Assembly (NCBI GenBank): GCA_963782525.1
Contig: CAWAKC010000009.1
Location: 1-64,000 of the forward strand
DNA: 64,000 nt
From: Candidatus Bathyarchaeota archaeon
GTDB taxonomy: Archaea > Thermoproteota > Bathyarchaeia > Bathyarchaeales > Bathycorpusculaceae
Reading direction: 5' to 3'
Both the position numbers and the translations under genes were made by a program. The first letter of the stretch is position 1. Each line of letters starts with the position of its first letter. Shown in pieces: positions 61,878 through 64,000 of the stretch. A model generated the notes under the pieces. That model saw only the letters and a program-made list of their open reading frames with translations. It was not told the origin of the DNA and did no database searches.

Positions 61878-61927
61878 TTAGGTTTAATTGCTCGCCAACA
61901 TAGATTAGTGGAGAATGCTGGTGGTAC
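61878..61927 (+). repeat. Repeat Y copy 12
   Basis: ttaggtttaattgctcgccaacatagattagtggagaatgctggtggtac. Confidence 0.7.
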
Positions 61928-62066
61928 GTTGAACGTAAAAGTAAAGAGGAAAAAACTATTTCTCTGTGCCTTTTTCCTTAGCTGCTTTAGGTAATTCTGC
62001 TTTATGTCAGCTTGCATTTTGGCTTCATCATTTGTGTTGTTGTTTATGGCTCATTTGGATCTTGGG

Positions 62067-63032
62067 TTAAGAGTTGTGCTCGGAGAATATTTGGGTCATC
62101 TTTTCTGCGGGCTCAACTTCCAAGCTCCTGTAATACTCAGCTACATTCGCAAAAAAGCCCCGCAAAGCTTCATTACGCATATTGCCTGCCCCTTTATTTT
62201 GGCAGAATTCGTTTGCAAAACGTGCAGCAAACCCCATGTTCCACCATTTATTTTCTTGCGCTCGTAGAATCTTCAGCGTTTCTTCTGCTTCCTTGAGGTT
62301 TTCCATTACGGGTGCCAAGGGATCATAGTCTGTTTCAACAATTTTATCCCCTTTGATTACTCTTGTCTTTCTTTTGTTTTTTGGCTGTCGGAGTATGAGC
62401 CATCTTTGGTTCCTCAGATCATTGACTTGCTTTTGAGTACTCTTAATAAGTCGCATGGCACCCATGGGAAATGGTTGCAGGTCATTGATAATTTTGGCTT
62501 GCCATATTAGGGTCTTGAAGATTTCGTGGCCATATTTTTCTTTTAGCCAGCGGATTTCACTGAATAGCGGGTAGTGGAGTGTTTTGCCGTATATTTCTAA
62601 AAAAACCGCGATTTTTTCGAGCTCTTTGTGGTATTTCTCTTCTTCTTTTTCCTGTCGTTTTTTGTAAGCCTCTATTGTTTCATATTTGTGCAAGGGGCTT
62701 ATGCTTGACGGCTCATGAATTATTTTATTTGTCTTGTTGATTTCTGATTCAGTATTGTTTTCTGATTCGTTTTTTTCAAGGATTGTGATTGAAGCGAGGT
62801 GTGCTACAATGCCTTTGAATGTTAATCCGTAGAGTTTCAATTCTTTGTTTCTTTCTGAAGTGGTTGTACCAACGGTTATTGCGTATCCGTCTTTTTCTAA
62901 TAGAGAAATTGCGTCGGAAACTCGAGGGTATTTGATGTCCAATGTTTGTTTGAGTTCCCATTTGGTCATGGGTTTGGTTGCTAGTTTGTTTAGAATTTTG
63001 TTTGGGTTTTTCATTTCTATTATTGTAGCCAT
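62067..63032 (-). CDS. N-terminal winged-HTH protein with a helical C-terminus
   Basis: MTKWELKQ..KYPRVSDAISLLEKDGY..YGLTFKG. Confidence 0.65.
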   Translation of the reverse strand: MATIIEMKNPNKILNKLATKPMTKWELKQTLDIKYPRVSDAISLLEKDGYAITVGTTTSERNKELKLYGLTFKGIVAHLASITILEKNESENNTESEINKTNKIIHEPSSISPLHKYETIEAYKKRQEKEEEKYHKELEKIAVFLEIYGKTLHYPLFSEIRWLKEKYGHEIFKTLIWQAKIINDLQPFPMGAMRLIKSTQKQVNDLRNQRWLILRQPKNKRKTRVIKGDKIVETDYDPLAPVMENLKEAEETLKILRAQENKWWNMGFAARFANEFCQNKGAGNMRNEALRGFFANVAEYYRSLEVEPAEKMTQIFSEHNS

Positions 63033-63166
63033 TTCATTAACCTACTATGCTTTTTTTAAGGCATGTCTCACTATACGTTTTTTCATCTCAGTTATGGGAT
63101 ACACTGTATAATAATAAGGTTGCCAATAAACCCCACGGTTGAAAACCAACTAAGGAAGAATCAAAA

Positions 63167-63373
63167 ATGTATGACTTAAATGAAATTGAAAGAACAAAAA
63201 CGGTTGGAGCAAGAGTGACACCACGATTTGCTCAAATCATGGAAATATGTCGTCGCCAAGACGCTTACCAAACCCGCTCAGACTTTATCCGAGAAGCGTT
63301 AATGGAAAAGCTTCAGCGAGACGTACCTGATCTCTGCAAGCGCTATTTTGGCTGGAGGCAAAAAAATGAATAA
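63167..63373 (+). CDS. Ribbon-helix-helix (CopG-like) regulator
   Basis: TVGARVT....YQTRSDFIREALMEKL. Confidence 0.75.
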   Translation: MYDLNEIERTKTVGARVTPRFAQIMEICRRQDAYQTRSDFIREALMEKLQRDVPDLCKRYFGWRQKNE

Positions 63374-63722
63374 TCATGTGGAATTTTTAGTAAAACTTCG
63401 AGACTCCAGCCAACAGCTCGCCGATGCAGCAAACCAGTACATACAAACCTTAGCGCCGCCAGAGCTGAAGCTAGGACTCATCGCTGCTAATGAGTTTAAA
63501 TTTTTACCCCTAAAGTTTGAGCCGCAGAGGGGCGCTAAACTTGGCGACTTTGAAATCGCCCACAAAGCAGCCAACATAGAAGCCCAATGGCAAACCGCCT
63601 ACAATATCCTAAAAAACAGCAATGCGACCATAAAAGACCGCTACCATGACGACACCTACCAGTACAGCTACTGGCTTTTTGGGCAAGATAAGATTTTTCG
63701 ACAGAAACTGAAGCCCAAATGA
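63366..63722 (+). CDS. Hypothetical protein
   Basis: ATG after GGAGG; overlaps the RHH gene; open 118 codons. Confidence 0.55.
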   Translation: MNNHVEFLVKLRDSSQQLADAANQYIQTLAPPELKLGLIAANEFKFLPLKFEPQRGAKLGDFEIAHKAANIEAQWQTAYNILKNSNATIKDRYHDDTYQYSYWLFGQDKIFRQKLKPK

Positions 63723-63734
63723 GGTGCAATTTCT

Positions 63735-64000
63735 TTGAAACCCTATCGAGCCTGGGCTCAGTTAAATTGGGATGCAAAAGAAGAATGGCGAGACGTTTTT
63801 CCAGATGGCAAGATCCCGATTAAACCATTTACCGCTCAAGCAGTCCGGTTCGATGGGTTTAGGGATCCAGAGTCTGTTTTTTGTGTTGATTGGAATTTTT
63901 TGGCTGATTGGCAGCGTGATGCGTTTCTAAAAAAGTTGAGCGAAGATGGGTTGATGAAGTTAGTGGTTGAAAGCGGGCAGGGTGTATGTTTTTTGTTTGG
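63735..64000 (+). CDS. Hypothetical protein, runs off the window
   Basis: TTG after GAGGTG; MKPYRAWAQLNWDAKEEWRDVFPDGKIPI... open to the end. Confidence 0.55.
   Translation, partial: MKPYRAWAQLNWDAKEEWRDVFPDGKIPIKPFTAQAVRFDGFRDPESVFCVDWNFLADWQRDAFLKKLSEDGLMKLVVESGQGVCFLF

Noticed and set aside
762-61927. Repeat Y as a CRISPR array
   Set aside because: Spacing runs from about 0.3 to 22 kb, the copies are diverged, and no cas genes are present.
1069-63777. Many short antisense or overlapping ORFs in the track
   Set aside because: They shadow well-supported genes on the other strand or frame and show no motifs.

Overview
This AT-rich window looks archaeal: TTG/GTG starts, TATA/BRE-like promoters, DUF1616- and HTH_45-type proteins and an archaeo/exosortase. 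The lineage is most likely Bathyarchaeia-like, which is an inference from protein style only. It is an accessory cell-surface/exopolysaccharide island with two minus-strand glycosylation clusters (about 12-30 kb and 34-51 kb). It also carries a four-module exosortase next to a PE(Y/F)-CTERM ice-binding protein, two TasA/bundling-pilin-like secreted proteins, and secreted GH39-like and beta-helix enzymes. Six toxin-antitoxin pairs, two orphan antitoxins and mobile-element-like genes sit at the two ends. Many genes are decayed, with single in-frame stops, frameshifts or 3' stubs. Two signals stand out. First, a ~57-bp imperfect-dyad repeat occurs about 12 times, always on the + strand and at module boundaries, suggesting a cassette or recombination-site architecture that is not canonical attC. 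Second, a signal-peptide plus 'Q-[TNI]-[VI]-[PH]-x-x-G-T-I' strand is shared by the TasA-like subunits and secreted enzymes, suggesting enzyme-loaded donor-strand fibres in an archaeal biofilm matrix. No rRNA, tRNA, CRISPR array, integrase or transposase was seen. All alignments were done by eye and no database searches were run.
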